Positions 1 through 11,298 of a stretch of 64,000 nt of DNA are shown in pieces (within the stretch, counting starts at the first letter, position 1; the number at the start of each line of letters is the position of its first letter). Below the pieces are notes generated by a model. That model saw nothing but the letters and a program-made list of their open reading frames with translations, did not search any database and was not told where the DNA came from. A program made the translations under genes and the position numbers. Source of the stretch: Okamejei kenojei (taxonomy: Eukaryota); contig CM069131.1 in the NCBI GenBank assembly GCA_035221665.1, forward strand, positions 150,288,001 to 150,352,000. The letters run 5' to 3'.

Positions 1-102
1 GAAACATATAGCGGCGTGGCCTATTGGGAGTGACTGTGTTGGGAGAAAGGCTGTGGTTGAGGGTAGACACAAAATGCTGACGGAGCTCTTCAATAACTGA
101 AG

Positions 103-419
103 TAGCATGGTGGCACAGCGGTAGAGTTGCTGCCTTAAAACGCTTGCAGCGCCGTAGACCCGGGTTCGATCCCGACTACGCGTGCTGTCTGTATGGAGTT
201 TGTACGTTCTCCCCCTGACCACGTGGGCTTTCTCCAAGATCTTCGGTTTCCTTCCACTCTCCAAAGACGTACAGATATGTACGTTAATTGGCTTGGTGTA
301 TGTGTAAATTGTCCCAAGTGTGTGTCGGATAGTGTTAGTGTGCGGGGATAGCTGGTCAGCATGCACTCGGTGGGCCGAAGGGTCTGTTTCCCCACTGTAT
401 CTCTAAACTAAACTAAACC
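103..419 (+). mobile_element. tRNA-derived SINE (V-SINE/HE1-like)
   Basis: A box TGGCACAGCGG (111-121), B box GGTTCGATCCC (163-173), V-domain-like GGAGTTTGTACGTTCTCCCC...CCAAAGAC, LINE-like tail ending (CTAAA)n. Confidence 0.85.
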
Positions 420-599
420 AAGCTCAGTGTTTCAGGCAGCATCTCTGGAGAGAAGGAACAGGTGACGTCTCCAGTCGGAACCTTTCTTCAGACTGGCCTA
501 CTTCAGAGTAACCAGCATCTGCAGTTCCATCCTACAAACCAGCATCTGCAGTCCCTTCCTACACAAGTGTTGAGGATAGGTGTGAGGTGTATCGTTTTT

Positions 600-1062
600 G
601 GAGGATTAATAAGACTAGGGTAGGCGCAATGAATGGTAGAATCCACGGAAGAACTGAGGAACAAAGGGAACTTAGTTTATATAACCAAGGATCCCTGAAT
701 GCAGAATCACTAATAGATGAGATGGTTAAGAAGGCATTCAAGATAACATGTCTTTATTAGCTGAAGCAAGAAAGTTAAGAGCAGGAAGGTTATGGTACAA
801 CTAGATATATCATTAGTGGGCATAGATTTAACATAAGGGGTTGGAGATTCAATGGGGATTTGAAGCATTTTCTAGCCTGGAACACACTGCCTGAGAGGAT
901 AGTTGAGGCAAATATTCTCACAAAATTCAATAAATATTGCAATGCACACTTGAAACTCCAAAGGCGTAGCCATCGATAATGAAATTGTTATAAATAGGGA
1001 CTTCATGCTGGGTATGATCATCATGGAATAAAGGGCCTGTTTCCATGCTGCATGACTCTCTG
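600..1062 (+). mobile_element. CR1-like LINE 3' remnant (degenerate)
   Basis: Similar to other copies, ending GGGCCTGTTTCCATGCTG..TGACTCT. Confidence 0.55.
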
Positions 1063-1794
1063 ATTCCCTGAGAAGGGTCTAGAGCACAGTGGGAAGAAAA
1101 GACACCAAGTGCTGGAGTAACTCAGGGGGTCAGGCAGCATCTCTGGAGAACATGGATAGATGACGTATCAGATTGGGACCCTTCAATGATTCCATTATAT
1201 TTTATTGTCATGTGTACCTTGGTACAGTGAAATGCTTTGTTTTGCATCATATGCAGACCTCACCTAGGCAGTATTGAATTGAAGTGAATACATTATTGTC
1301 ACATGTGACAAGTCACAGTGAAATTCTTTGCTTGCATACCCAAGGTACATAAGTGTTGCCACGTTTTGGCACCGACAAAGTTACAAAACTTCACAGAACA
1401 GTCCTATCCACTGCCTGCCACTACGCGAGGCAACAGAGTATTGTGATTGTGTTCCTACGAGCAGCAAGGTTTGGTGGTCTTTTGTTCCTAGGAGGTATTC
1501 CAATCGCATCAGTTCAATATTGGTCATGTTTTCATGCTGTTTGGCAGAGTGGCCAGATTGTGTGGGAGGTGAACAAAATGGTTGATTGAACAATGTAAAC
1601 ACTCTCACCCCATGGCTCACAAATATTGCTGTCAAGACACCAACAAATGAATTTAGTCACACTCACTTATTAAAGCTGTGTTTTCTAAGGTCTGGAACTC
1701 CTTAGTAAAATGAGGCTGTAAAGCCTCTTGACAGGACTTAAATTGCCAACCTGTTTTTCACAATTGGTAGGATGGTAGATAGAGAGGAAAAAGA

Positions 1795-2062
1795 TTAAGG
1801 TGAGAGGGAAAGATTTAATTGGAACCTGAGGTGTAACCTTTTTATACAGAGGATAACGGGTATATGGATGTACGTATGTGGGTATACGAGCGGCCAGAGG
1901 AGGTATTTGAGGCAGGTACTACAATAACATTTAAAATACATTTGCACAGGTAGGTTTAGAGGGTTATGAGCCAAACGTGGGCAGGTGGGATTAGTGTAGC
2001 TTGGTCGGTATGGGCAAGTTCGGTCAGAGTCTGTTTCCGTGCCACATGACTCCATGACTCTA
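1795..2062 (+). mobile_element. CR1-like LINE 3' end
   Basis: AAGATTTAAT..GAACCTGAGG..TAACCTTTTT..CAGAGG with (ATGACTCT) tail. Confidence 0.7.
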
Positions 2063-2302
2063 TGCCCCTGCCCCTTGTCCCCATTATTCATAAAACAATA
2101 AAGTCAACAGTTTTAAGGTTCTGTACCTGTGTCAGATAAGTTCCATTTATAATGCCAACCACCTGTTTTGGTGACTTAAGATTCATCACACTGGCTTTGA
2201 TTTTTGGAGATTTGTGTTGATCTTAAGCTGTTTGAATTAATGCCTGATTTAGGTTTGGAAGATTGTATCAGTGATATTATTTATCTAAATATATCTTACC
2301 TT

Positions 2303-2430
2303 CTGAAGAAGGGTCTCGACCCGAAATGTCACCCATTGCTTCTCTCCAGAGATGCTGCCTGTCCCGCTGTTACTCCAGCTTTTTATGTCTATCTTCGGTT
2401 CAAACCAGCATCTGCAGTCCCTTCTTACAC
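2303..2430 (+). mobile_element. Single-arm Penelope-derived element starting with a hammerhead-like core
   Basis: CTGAAGA-A-GGGTCTCGACCC-GAAA-TGTC. Related arms near 420-565, 1095-1185, 3875-4000, 9160-9235, 19070-19245, 23700-23790, 32980-33410, 39056-39170, 40015-40095, 46610-46736, 60915-61045, 61100-61140 and 61860-61985. Confidence 0.75.
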
Positions 2431-2924
2431 ATATTATTTATTTAGTTGTATCTTATATTTAAAGTGTGCTCTTTGGATCACACTCTGCACAGATTCAAGG
2501 TAGTGGTAACATTGCTAGGAATATCTGCTGCGATAGTGCTGGAAGTAATGAAAAATGTTAGCCTTCTTTCTGAAGATGGGCCAATTGTATGTTTTAATGC
2601 TTGGAATTTGAATGTGAATGTTGTTTCTTTAAATTATGTGTAAAGGTGCTGACTTGGTTATGAGCCTTCACAAGCAAATTCATTATATATGTCACCGAAA
2701 GTCAAGTTCCATTTATTTCAGCTGAACATTTAACATGGCAACTCCCTCAAGAATGTGAAACAAATATACTTTGAGTAATTATATCTGATTCTTCTTAAAA
2801 CAAGTGTATTTAGATAGACACCACAGTTAGGCATTTAATCATGTCCCGTGCAGAAGTGATATAAAAACCATAAACCCAGCAGTAGCAACATCTGAATTAT
2901 ATTCTGGAGTAAATTATATTCCAG

Positions 2925-3190
2925 GGAAAAGATTTAATAAGAATCTGAGGGGTAACTTTTTCACACAAATGGTGGTGGGTATATGGAACAAGCTGCCAGA
3001 GGAGGTTGTTGAGGCTGGGACTATCCCAACGTTTAAGAAACAATTTGACAGGTACTTGGATAGAACAAGTTTGGAGGGATATGGATCAAACGCAGGCAGG
3101 TGGGACTAGTGTAGCTGGGACTTGTTGCTTGGTGTGGGCAGGTTGGGCCGAAGGGTCTGTTTCCAAATTGTATCACTCTATGACTCTATG
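2925..3190 (+). mobile_element. CR1-like LINE 3' end
   Basis: Resembles the ORF2 C-terminus (FFTQ..VGIWNKLPEEVVEAG), with (CTCTATGA) tail. Confidence 0.75.
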
Positions 3191-4428
3191 AGTAATCACT
3201 AATTGTGCATAATCCATATATTACTTATTTTGGAACTATTTTCTCCAATGTATATGAATGAATATAAAGTCAAGCAGCAGCGACTCAATTTGTCTTGCTA
3301 TCAAATATCATCTCCTCTACATCGGCTAGACATTGAGATGCTGAAACACGTTCATTGTAAGTTGTGTGCAAATTTACTGAGATTCACCACACATATCTAC
3401 AAGTAAAGAATTGATGTACAATATGAGCAATTCTACCAGTTCAGAATCAGAGTGCTGATGCCAGTGCTTAAATCCAGAAGGTTACAAAGTTGGGAGCATC
3501 ATGTTGCTGGCTGTGGTGCCTTGAAATCACGCTGCATGTTATTCCAGGGACAAATGGGTAAAATGAGTATGATGAGCCAATAACCAATGCAGAATTGAAA
3601 TATTGATAATCTGCACCCAAATTTCCAGTCTGTACAGGCAGTAAAAAAGCTTCACATGAATGACACTGTCATGAAATGTATCTTTAAAGCTTCCTTGCTT
3701 TCTTCTCCATTGATCTTATTAAAAGCACAATTACAAATAGAAGAATTCATACTTGAAATCTGATCAATTTTCCTCCCCCTAACCAGGAAATGCTAATGTT
3801 ACGCAAAACATTTTATAACTAAGTCAAAATCCATTAATTCATTCACAAACTATAGATGGTCTCGGGAAACACAGGGACACAAGAAACCGCAGATGCTGGT
3901 TTACAAGAAAAGGCACTAAGTGCTGGAGTAACTCAGTGGGTCAGGCAGAATCTCTGGAGACCATGAATAAGGAACATTTTAGGTCAGGACCCTTCTTCGG
4001 CCTTTAGAAGATTCTTTTTTTTTCGGACACATGTAGACTGAAATCCTGAGATGGGAGGCATGGAACTCAAACCATTCTGTTGGTTCATAGGTACCAGTAT
4101 ATTGATGATGATCAATACACTGATAAAAGGACAGTAAAAGGCCATTCAGCCCCTTAGGCATTATCTATTATACATTGCCCGACTTGTACATCAACTTTGC
4201 CCATCAATTCTTCATTTTCCTTAACCAACAAAACTCTATTAAAGTCAGTGTTAAAACTTGAGCATTTTCACCTTTTGGACAAAGTATCCATTCCCCTTAG
4301 TATAAAAATACACTTCTAAATACCCAAACTCCAAATTTAAGTGTTGCCTCCTGTTGTGAATTGTTCCAATAAGATAAATAGTTTGTTGGTATATACCCTT
4401 TTGAAACTCCTTAACAATCTAAATATAT

Positions 4429-4515
4429 GGTGGCACAGTGGTAGAGTTACTGCCTTACAGCACCAGAGGTTTGCTCCTGGCCATGGGTGCGGTCTGTGTG
4501 GAGTATGTACATTCA
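4429..4515 (+). mobile_element. SINE 5' fragment
   Basis: GGTGGCACAGTGGTAGAGTTACTGCCTTACAGC head. Confidence 0.65.
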
Positions 4516-5424
4516 ACCTGTGACAATGTGGGTCTCCTAGCATCTTCCTCACAGCTAACACTGCCCCCCAGCTTCGTGTCATCCGCAAACTTCAAGATGT
4601 TGCATTTAATTCCCTCGACCAAATCATCATCATCATCATCATCAACTACTCCCATTGACAGAGGGACAAATAACTAGGGGACTAAGAATGAAGATGTTTG
4701 TCAAAAGAACCAAAAGTGACACAAGTGATCTGTGGAGGGAAATTCAATTGAAATGATCATAAAAGGTGCCAGGTCTCAATTAGAAAATAATCAACTTGGC
4801 TATGGGGAGAAGGCAGTGGAGTGTGGCTGAGTGGTCTTGCTCTTCCATTGAGCCAATATGGACTCATCAATGATTAATTCTTGGTAGAAATAGGTTTGTG
4901 GCTTCAGAGACTTGAGTACGAGTTTAATCTCGTACATTTCTGTAGTAGAGAGGGAATGATTTCAGGCATAATCTACCTCAGTTGGTGGTTAGATGTGATG
5001 GCTGTGCTGTGTTTCCTGAATCATAACTGTGAATGCGCCCTGAAATATTTAATTATCCAAAATCTATATTACTAAAAGTAAGATCTTGACCACTTCCTGT
5101 TTTCTGTTTCATGATTTTTGAAAAAAAACTTGCAACTTATTGCTGTGATTTTGGCCATCTTACTCAGACTCCCCCTTCGCTGCGCAGGACGAGGATTTTT
5201 CCCATTGATGAAAAATAAAAGAGTTATTAATGTTCAAAACATGTTGACATTCTCTCTGCTGCCCCTGCTGGTGGGAGCGGGGAGGGTCTATAAAACCCAG
5301 AAATGTTGTGCCTCACTCAGTCTCTGCAAGATGGAGGAAGCAAGATGGTCACGTCTCTCTGAGCTGTGAATAACACTGAACACATATCTACTTAACTGTG
5401 AGTGCCCTTAATTTGGTTTGAAAA

Positions 5425-5822
5425 TGAAAATGTGGTTGCTTTGAAATGCAGCACTGCAAAAATGGTTGTTGTTGATGGTGGTGACAGCTTTGAAATGCTG
5501 CATTGCAAAAAAAAAAATAATTGATGTTGGTGGTGGTAACTGCTTTGAAACGCTGCACTGCAAAAATGGTTGTTGGTGGTGGTAACCGCTTTGAAACACT
5601 GCACTGCAAAAAGTGGTTGTTGTTGGCGCTGGTAACTGCTTTGAAATGCTGCTTTGCAAAATGTGTTTGTTGTTGGTGGTGGTAACTGCTTTGAAACGCT
5701 GCACTGCAAAAAGTGGTTGTTGGTGGTGGTAACTATTTTGAAACGCTGCACCGCAAAAAGTGGTTGTTGTTGGTATTGGTAACTACTTTGAAAAGCTACA
5801 CTGCAAAAATGGTTGTTGTTGG
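5425..5822 (+). repeat. ~50 bp minisatellite, ~8 copies, inside Helitron
   Basis: Unit close to AAAATGGTTGTTGTTGGTGGTGGTAACTGCTTTGAAACGCTGCACTGCA. Confidence 0.9.
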
Positions 5823-6213
5823 AAACTTAACATCTTCCTGTTTGCACTGTATATTGATTTTAGATAAAACGCTACCACTTATGGCTGTGATTTTTGGCCA
5901 TCTTACTCATCAGGTGAAGTGGATTCTTCCCATCAATGAAAAATAAAAGTGTTATTAGTGTTAAAAAAATGTTCAGAATCTCTTTCCTGTCAATAATGCC
6001 ATGAAGGCCACGCCCCTTCCAGTCAGGGGGGGGGGGAGGGGAGGGATTATAAAACCTGGATGTGTGGGTGTGGCTCAGTCTCTGCAAGATGGAGGAGGGA
6101 AATCACAACTGTCTGAGCTGTGAATCAACTGAACACACTGAATGTCTACTGTACTGTGAGTGTGGTGTTTATGTGGTGTTTTGTGTGATTTTATAGTGGT
6201 TATATGGTGGATT

Positions 6214-6557
6214 CACCCTGCTTGAAATGGTATGAAACTGCATTTGAATGTGGGGGCCTGGCACCATGCATGAAATGGTATGAAATTGCATTTGAATTTG
6301 AATTTGGTGGCCTTGCACCCTGCATGAAATGGTATGAAACTGCACTTCAATGTGGTTGTTTTGCACCCTGCTTGAAGTGGTATGAAACTGCACTTGAATT
6401 TGATGGCCTTGCACACTGCTTGAAATGGCATAAAACAGCTCTAGCATTCGGTTGCTTTGCACCCTGCTTGAAATGGATCAAACAGCGCTAGCATTTGGTG
6501 GCTTGCACCCTGCTTGAAGTGGCATGAAACTGCACTTGAATTTGGTGGCCTTGCACC
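6214..6557 (+). repeat. ~48 bp minisatellite, ~7 copies, inside Helitron
   Basis: Unit close to CACCCTGCTTGAAATGGTATGAAACTGCACTTGAATTTGGTGGCCTTG. Confidence 0.9.
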
Positions 6558-7886
6558 CCCCCCCCCACAGGCCACCAATATTGGAATTGGTTGAGAGGTG
6601 GAATATTGCGTTGGGGGACCAGCCCTCCCGTGTGAACATGCGACCCAACGGGTCCCACTTAGTCTAGTATAATGATATAAATTTGCTCTATGTACAATAG
6701 TTATTTCTATACAATTTCCTAGTACTGTTTAGGAATGTTATCATTTTCAAACTGCTACATTTGCCTACATTGTATCTGTGACTCAAATTCTAGAGGATGT
6801 AAAGAAACAATGAAAACTGACTTCTTTCTTCAAGTTTGAGTGTCGCTTATCCTCAGTTCACTCTTCTAGCGGAAATCATCAGTTGTAAATTTACCTGTTC
6901 ATAATAGTTGGGACAGGAGGAACTGTGAACAAAGGTAACACTGTTCAAATCAACCGTATTATCCTGGATGGCCATAACCAATCTCAACCCCCTCACCTCC
7001 GCGTCCCCTCCTCACCACTTTACTCCAACTTAACAAAATCCAAGTCAGACATCCGTGCTGCCAATACATTTTGAGACAAATGGCACTGAATCATCAGATG
7101 TGAATGGGGCCACAAGTGGTTCATTGCTACATTAAAGCTACTACTGCTCCATTTTCTTCAGGTGACTCCATTGAGTTCTGGTTGCTATCATTAAAACCAA
7201 ATGCTCTTCCCCCCCCCCCCCCCCCCCCCACAGGACTGGTCAATAGCATAGCCTCTCATTACTGTTTAGGGGATTCATTTTCCCTTTGCACAGTTACAGC
7301 ATATTAAACAAAAATGACATTTTATTTGGGCTTTTTTTTTGCTGCATTGCCAATTTGCACCAACATGCTTGCAGTTAGGTCATGTCATGCATTATAGAGG
7401 AGCCAATCAAGATAAACCCGTTATAATCTGCTGAAGCATTTGTTTAGCTACTAAGTGTTTAATGTATTCAAACTGTTGGCTAATTCTCAGGCGTGATGCG
7501 CATATTTGAGCATTTTTAGCTGCAATCGGCTCAAAATACACATGAAAAGCTTGCGTTTATAATATTTATAGTGAAAAAGCACCTGCTTTTACTTTTCAGA
7601 TGTTCAGATGTTTTTCTGGGAACTCTCGGCCATTTTATTATATCACACCTCTCATGACTAAAACCTACATCTGAAAGGCCCATTGAAAGAGCCAATATGA
7701 TGAAGAGAAATACATTTCTGGAAATGGCACGTCAGGTCAAAGTTATCTGAAGAGTTAGAGACCTTATGTTTAAGGTAATGAAAACCATTACTCAAAGCAA
7801 ACCTATAATCTCTCCTCACTTGTGTCATCAGGAAGGCTACTAATAAACTTATTCACAATAACAACTACAACTTCCATTTGACATAT

Positions 7887-8090
7887 GTGGAAGCAAGGAA
7901 CAGAAGATGCTGGTTTACCAAGTAAAGACACAAATGCTGGAGTAACTCAGTGGGTCAGACAGCATCCCTGGAGAATATAGATAGCTAATGTTTTGGGTGG
8001 GGATCTTTCTTCAGTCTGAAGAAGGATCCCAACTTGAAATGTCACCTAACCATGCTGTCTGACCCACTGGGATACTCCAGCAATTTGTGT
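7887..8090. mobile_element. Palindromic Penelope-derived element
   Basis: Inverted arms meeting at TTCAGTCTGAA, 16 bp duplication CTTCCAT(T/C)TGACATAT (7871-7886, 8091-8106). Confidence 0.75.
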
Positions 8091-10174
8091 CTTCCATCTG
8101 ACATATCATGTTTAACATAGCAAAATATCTCAAGATGCTTCATCAGAACATTATCCAACTAAAAGTATGAGGCTAAATCACATGGGATGTTAGGGAAGGT
8201 CACCAACATCTTGGCCATAGGGTATGTTTTAATGAGCATATTAAAAGAGAAAACAGGACAACAATTTGGCGTAGGCATTCCACAGGTTAGAGCCATGACA
8301 TTCCTAGCTAAAGTTTAGTGGGGCTTCAAGTGTTATGGTCCTAATGAAAAGGAGTGTTATACCCTTAATGAAATGAATGAATAGCACCCGATATGAGTTA
8401 GGACACAGGCTTCACTTTACAGTGGTTAAAGCAAGGGAAGCAAGGCAGGATTCCATTAGAATTGTAAAGACCAGAGGCAACAATGGCACAGGTAGCTCTG
8501 TTGTCCCTACTTTTGCTCCTTCCAATGCCAACATAAGGGAACCCAATTTCAGTCCCTTGCAGACATTCCAGCAGAATTCCAGGGTTCTTGTGACCTGACT
8601 ATGGCTTTCTATGCAGATTTTCTGGAAGATCACTGTAGAGCATACTTGTAGCCCTATGACGTTTTAGTCAATTCAAATGTACTTGGCAATATTATTTTTA
8701 TTCATTCGACAGGATGTGATTTATTTTATTGCCGATTCCTAATTGCTCTTGACTCACTGCAGGTTTTGTGGTGTAGGCATTTCCGCAGGGCATAGCATAG
8801 CAGGGTGGCATGCATTTCAGAAAGTAATTGAAGGCAGCTACAAAACTTTAAGTCTTGAGTCACTTAAGTAGCAGACTAGGAAGAGCTTTCTTACCAACTG
8901 TTACATTGCAGATTTACTTCATTAACTGCTACCACCCAGTTGCTATGCCCTGTGGAAATGCTTACACAGCACAAATTACAGTGAGTCAAGTGCAATTAGG
9001 AATGGACAATCATTGTAGACACTTTTTCCAACTGCTTTAGTGATATTTGTATGCATCTCTTTGATCATTTGTCCAGTGTACTGGTCTTGAAACATAAATA
9101 CTATGTTTATTAAAGTACTCCAAAGAAGTATATGTGATGAAACAGTCAAGATGAAGTCAAGGCACAAGAGACTGCAGATGCTGGAATCTTGAGTAAGAAG
9201 TAAACTGGTGGAGGAACTCAGCAGGTCAGGCATCCTGACCTGTTAAGGTGAAGTCTATATGTTTTATTCCATAAGTGATTTAATTGTTTGGGACTGCTCC
9301 ATTAACGCTACATACAAATTCATTACACATATTTAACAAGCATGCTTGCTAACTCAGAGACCTTAATATTGAATTACATCTGGTTAGTTCATAACCACTA
9401 TTTTCTATTAAAACATTTTTGCTTTCACCAAGTTTATTATTTTAGACAAAAAAACCCTATTATAAACTATCGCCATTCACAGCATTAAACACCACTCTGA
9501 TTTAATATGTAAACAATATAACTTACTCCCGGGAAATTTTGATTTGTAGTCACCTGCTCTTTTGTTATTTTTCACACCCATTCTAGTTGTGAAACAAAAT
9601 GCCGATTACTTTCTCCTATAATCTCCATTGGTTTCAAGGTTTATTTTGCAAGGTCACAAAAGGAGAATATGAAGAGACACCTATGATCTATATTAATTTG
9701 TCTGTCCAAGTTGAATGTAAAAACACCTAATGTTTTTCTTTAAAGATGCCACGGTGACACGTAGTCAACCGTGTTGATGAAAAAGGGAAGTAACAAAGAG
9801 CCAGATAGGTAGACTGATTAAATTTAATTTAGATTTATTAAACTGCATGGTAGAATTTGAATGCTAAATGGATATTTTTAAGGCAGAGATAGATAGATTC
9901 TTGATTAGTACTGATGTCAGGGATTACGGGGAAAAGGCAAGAGAATGGGTTTAAGAGGGAAAGATAGATCAGCCTTGATGGAATGGCGGAGTAGACTTGA
10001 TGGGCTGAATGGCAAAATTCGGCTCATCTCACATAAATGTACTGCTTGCTGACACAGAGATGTACAATTATCCTGCTCTAAAACACCCCATGGCTAGTTT
10101 GTATCTTGGTCCAGTCATTATTGAATTAAAGCTATAAGGGGACATATCTCTACGGTAAAGCTTATAATGTATTG

Positions 10175-10392
10175 TCAACTCTGTCTCAGTTGGTAATAGC
10201 CCTGCATTCAAATCAGATGGTTGTGAGTTAAAATTCCTCTCCAAAGACTTGAACACAAAAATCCAAGCTGCATTCCTGCGCCGTACTGAGGGACTGCTGT
10301 AGTAATAAAGTGCTGTCTTTTGGACAAAATGTTATATTGAGACCATCCCTGCTCTCTAAATTGGAAGTAAAAAATCCGATGACACTTTCCCA
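10175..10392 (+). mobile_element. DeuSINE (SacSINE1/AmnSINE1-like), diverged
   Basis: tRNA-like head followed by GTACTGAGGGA...GTGCTGTCTTT...GTAAAAAATCC, resembling the Deu domain as recalled. Confidence 0.6.
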
Positions 10393-11007
10393 AACAAGTG
10401 CAATATTATGCTGGTATTCTGATCTATATTTCTTCTTCAAACTATATATCTACAGGCTGTCTGATGTTAGCCAAGTTGCTGATTGGGCGACTTGCTCTGT
10501 GCAAAATAATTCAGAATTTGCCAAATTTCACAGTGGTTATGCTTCATTAGTTTTGAGGTATTTCCAAAATCATGATATTTATGTGTTTAGAATCTCATCT
10601 CAAATACATGATATTAAGGCGAAGAATTCAAAATTCTCATCGCACAAACCACTAAAAGTAGGAATCAGTCAAGCAAATGTTTAATGGTAACATACTCTTG
10701 GTTAATATTCCTTTTAAAGAAGTGCTTGATAACTGAAAGTTAAGTCTTGAAGACTTGTACCTTTAAAATCTGAAAGACATCCATCCATCTGCCATTTAAA
10801 ATTATCTGTTATTGCACTTGGTTCTTCAAACCTTTTTAAACCTTGTTCAATCCCCAGCTGTGCAATTGATGTGATGTGAATATTGTTTCTCATGTAAAAT
10901 ATTCATGTCAATGACCCTTCTTAATTTTATCTTCCTCGTGCTAAATATCTCCCTTAGCTTTAAAACCTTTCACCAATTGTGATCATCTGGTTGAAATTTA
11001 CTTTTTT

Positions 11008-11298
11008 TTAGTTTTAGTTTTAGTCTTAGTTTAGTCTATTGTACAATGAACAGCTTTTGTTGCGTGCTAACCAGTCAACAGAAAGACGATACATGATTAC
11101 AATCAATCCATTTACAGTGTACAGATACATGATAAGGGGATAACATTTAGTGCAAGGTAAAGCTGGCAAAGTCCGATCAAGGATAGTCCGAGGGTCATCA
11201 AGAGGTAGAGGTTCAGCATTGCTTCTTGGTTGTGGTAGGATGATTCAGTTGCCTGATAACAGCTGGGACAAAACTGTCCCTGAATCTGGTGGTGTGCA
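11008..11298 (-). mobile_element. Rex1/Babar-like LINE 3' end
   Basis: Dispersed family ending GTGACAATAAA(CTAAA)n. Other copies at 1200-1255, 13075-13130, 13925-14035, 34485-34688, 41055-41180, 47980-48490, 49478-49590 and 61205-61325. Clade assignment is from memory. Confidence 0.55.

Larger units (their letters stand above)
5063..6667 (+). mobile_element. Non-autonomous Helitron (composite, with internal minisatellites)
   Basis: A|TCTATATTACTAAAA 5' end, subterminal hairpin GACCC-AAC-GGGTC (6642-6654), CTAG|T 3' end. Inserted between A and T with no TSD. Confidence 0.8.

Noticed and set aside
103-180. tRNA gene
   Set aside because: The A/B boxes belong to a SINE head that continues into the SINE body.
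4455-4655. ORF containing KFADDTKLGG
   Set aside because: Tiny CR1 reverse-transcriptase fragment, not a host gene.
5388-6491. Repetitive ORFs or a CRISPR-like array
   Set aside because: These are translations of tandem minisatellites with no unique spacers, inside a Helitron, in eukaryotic DNA.
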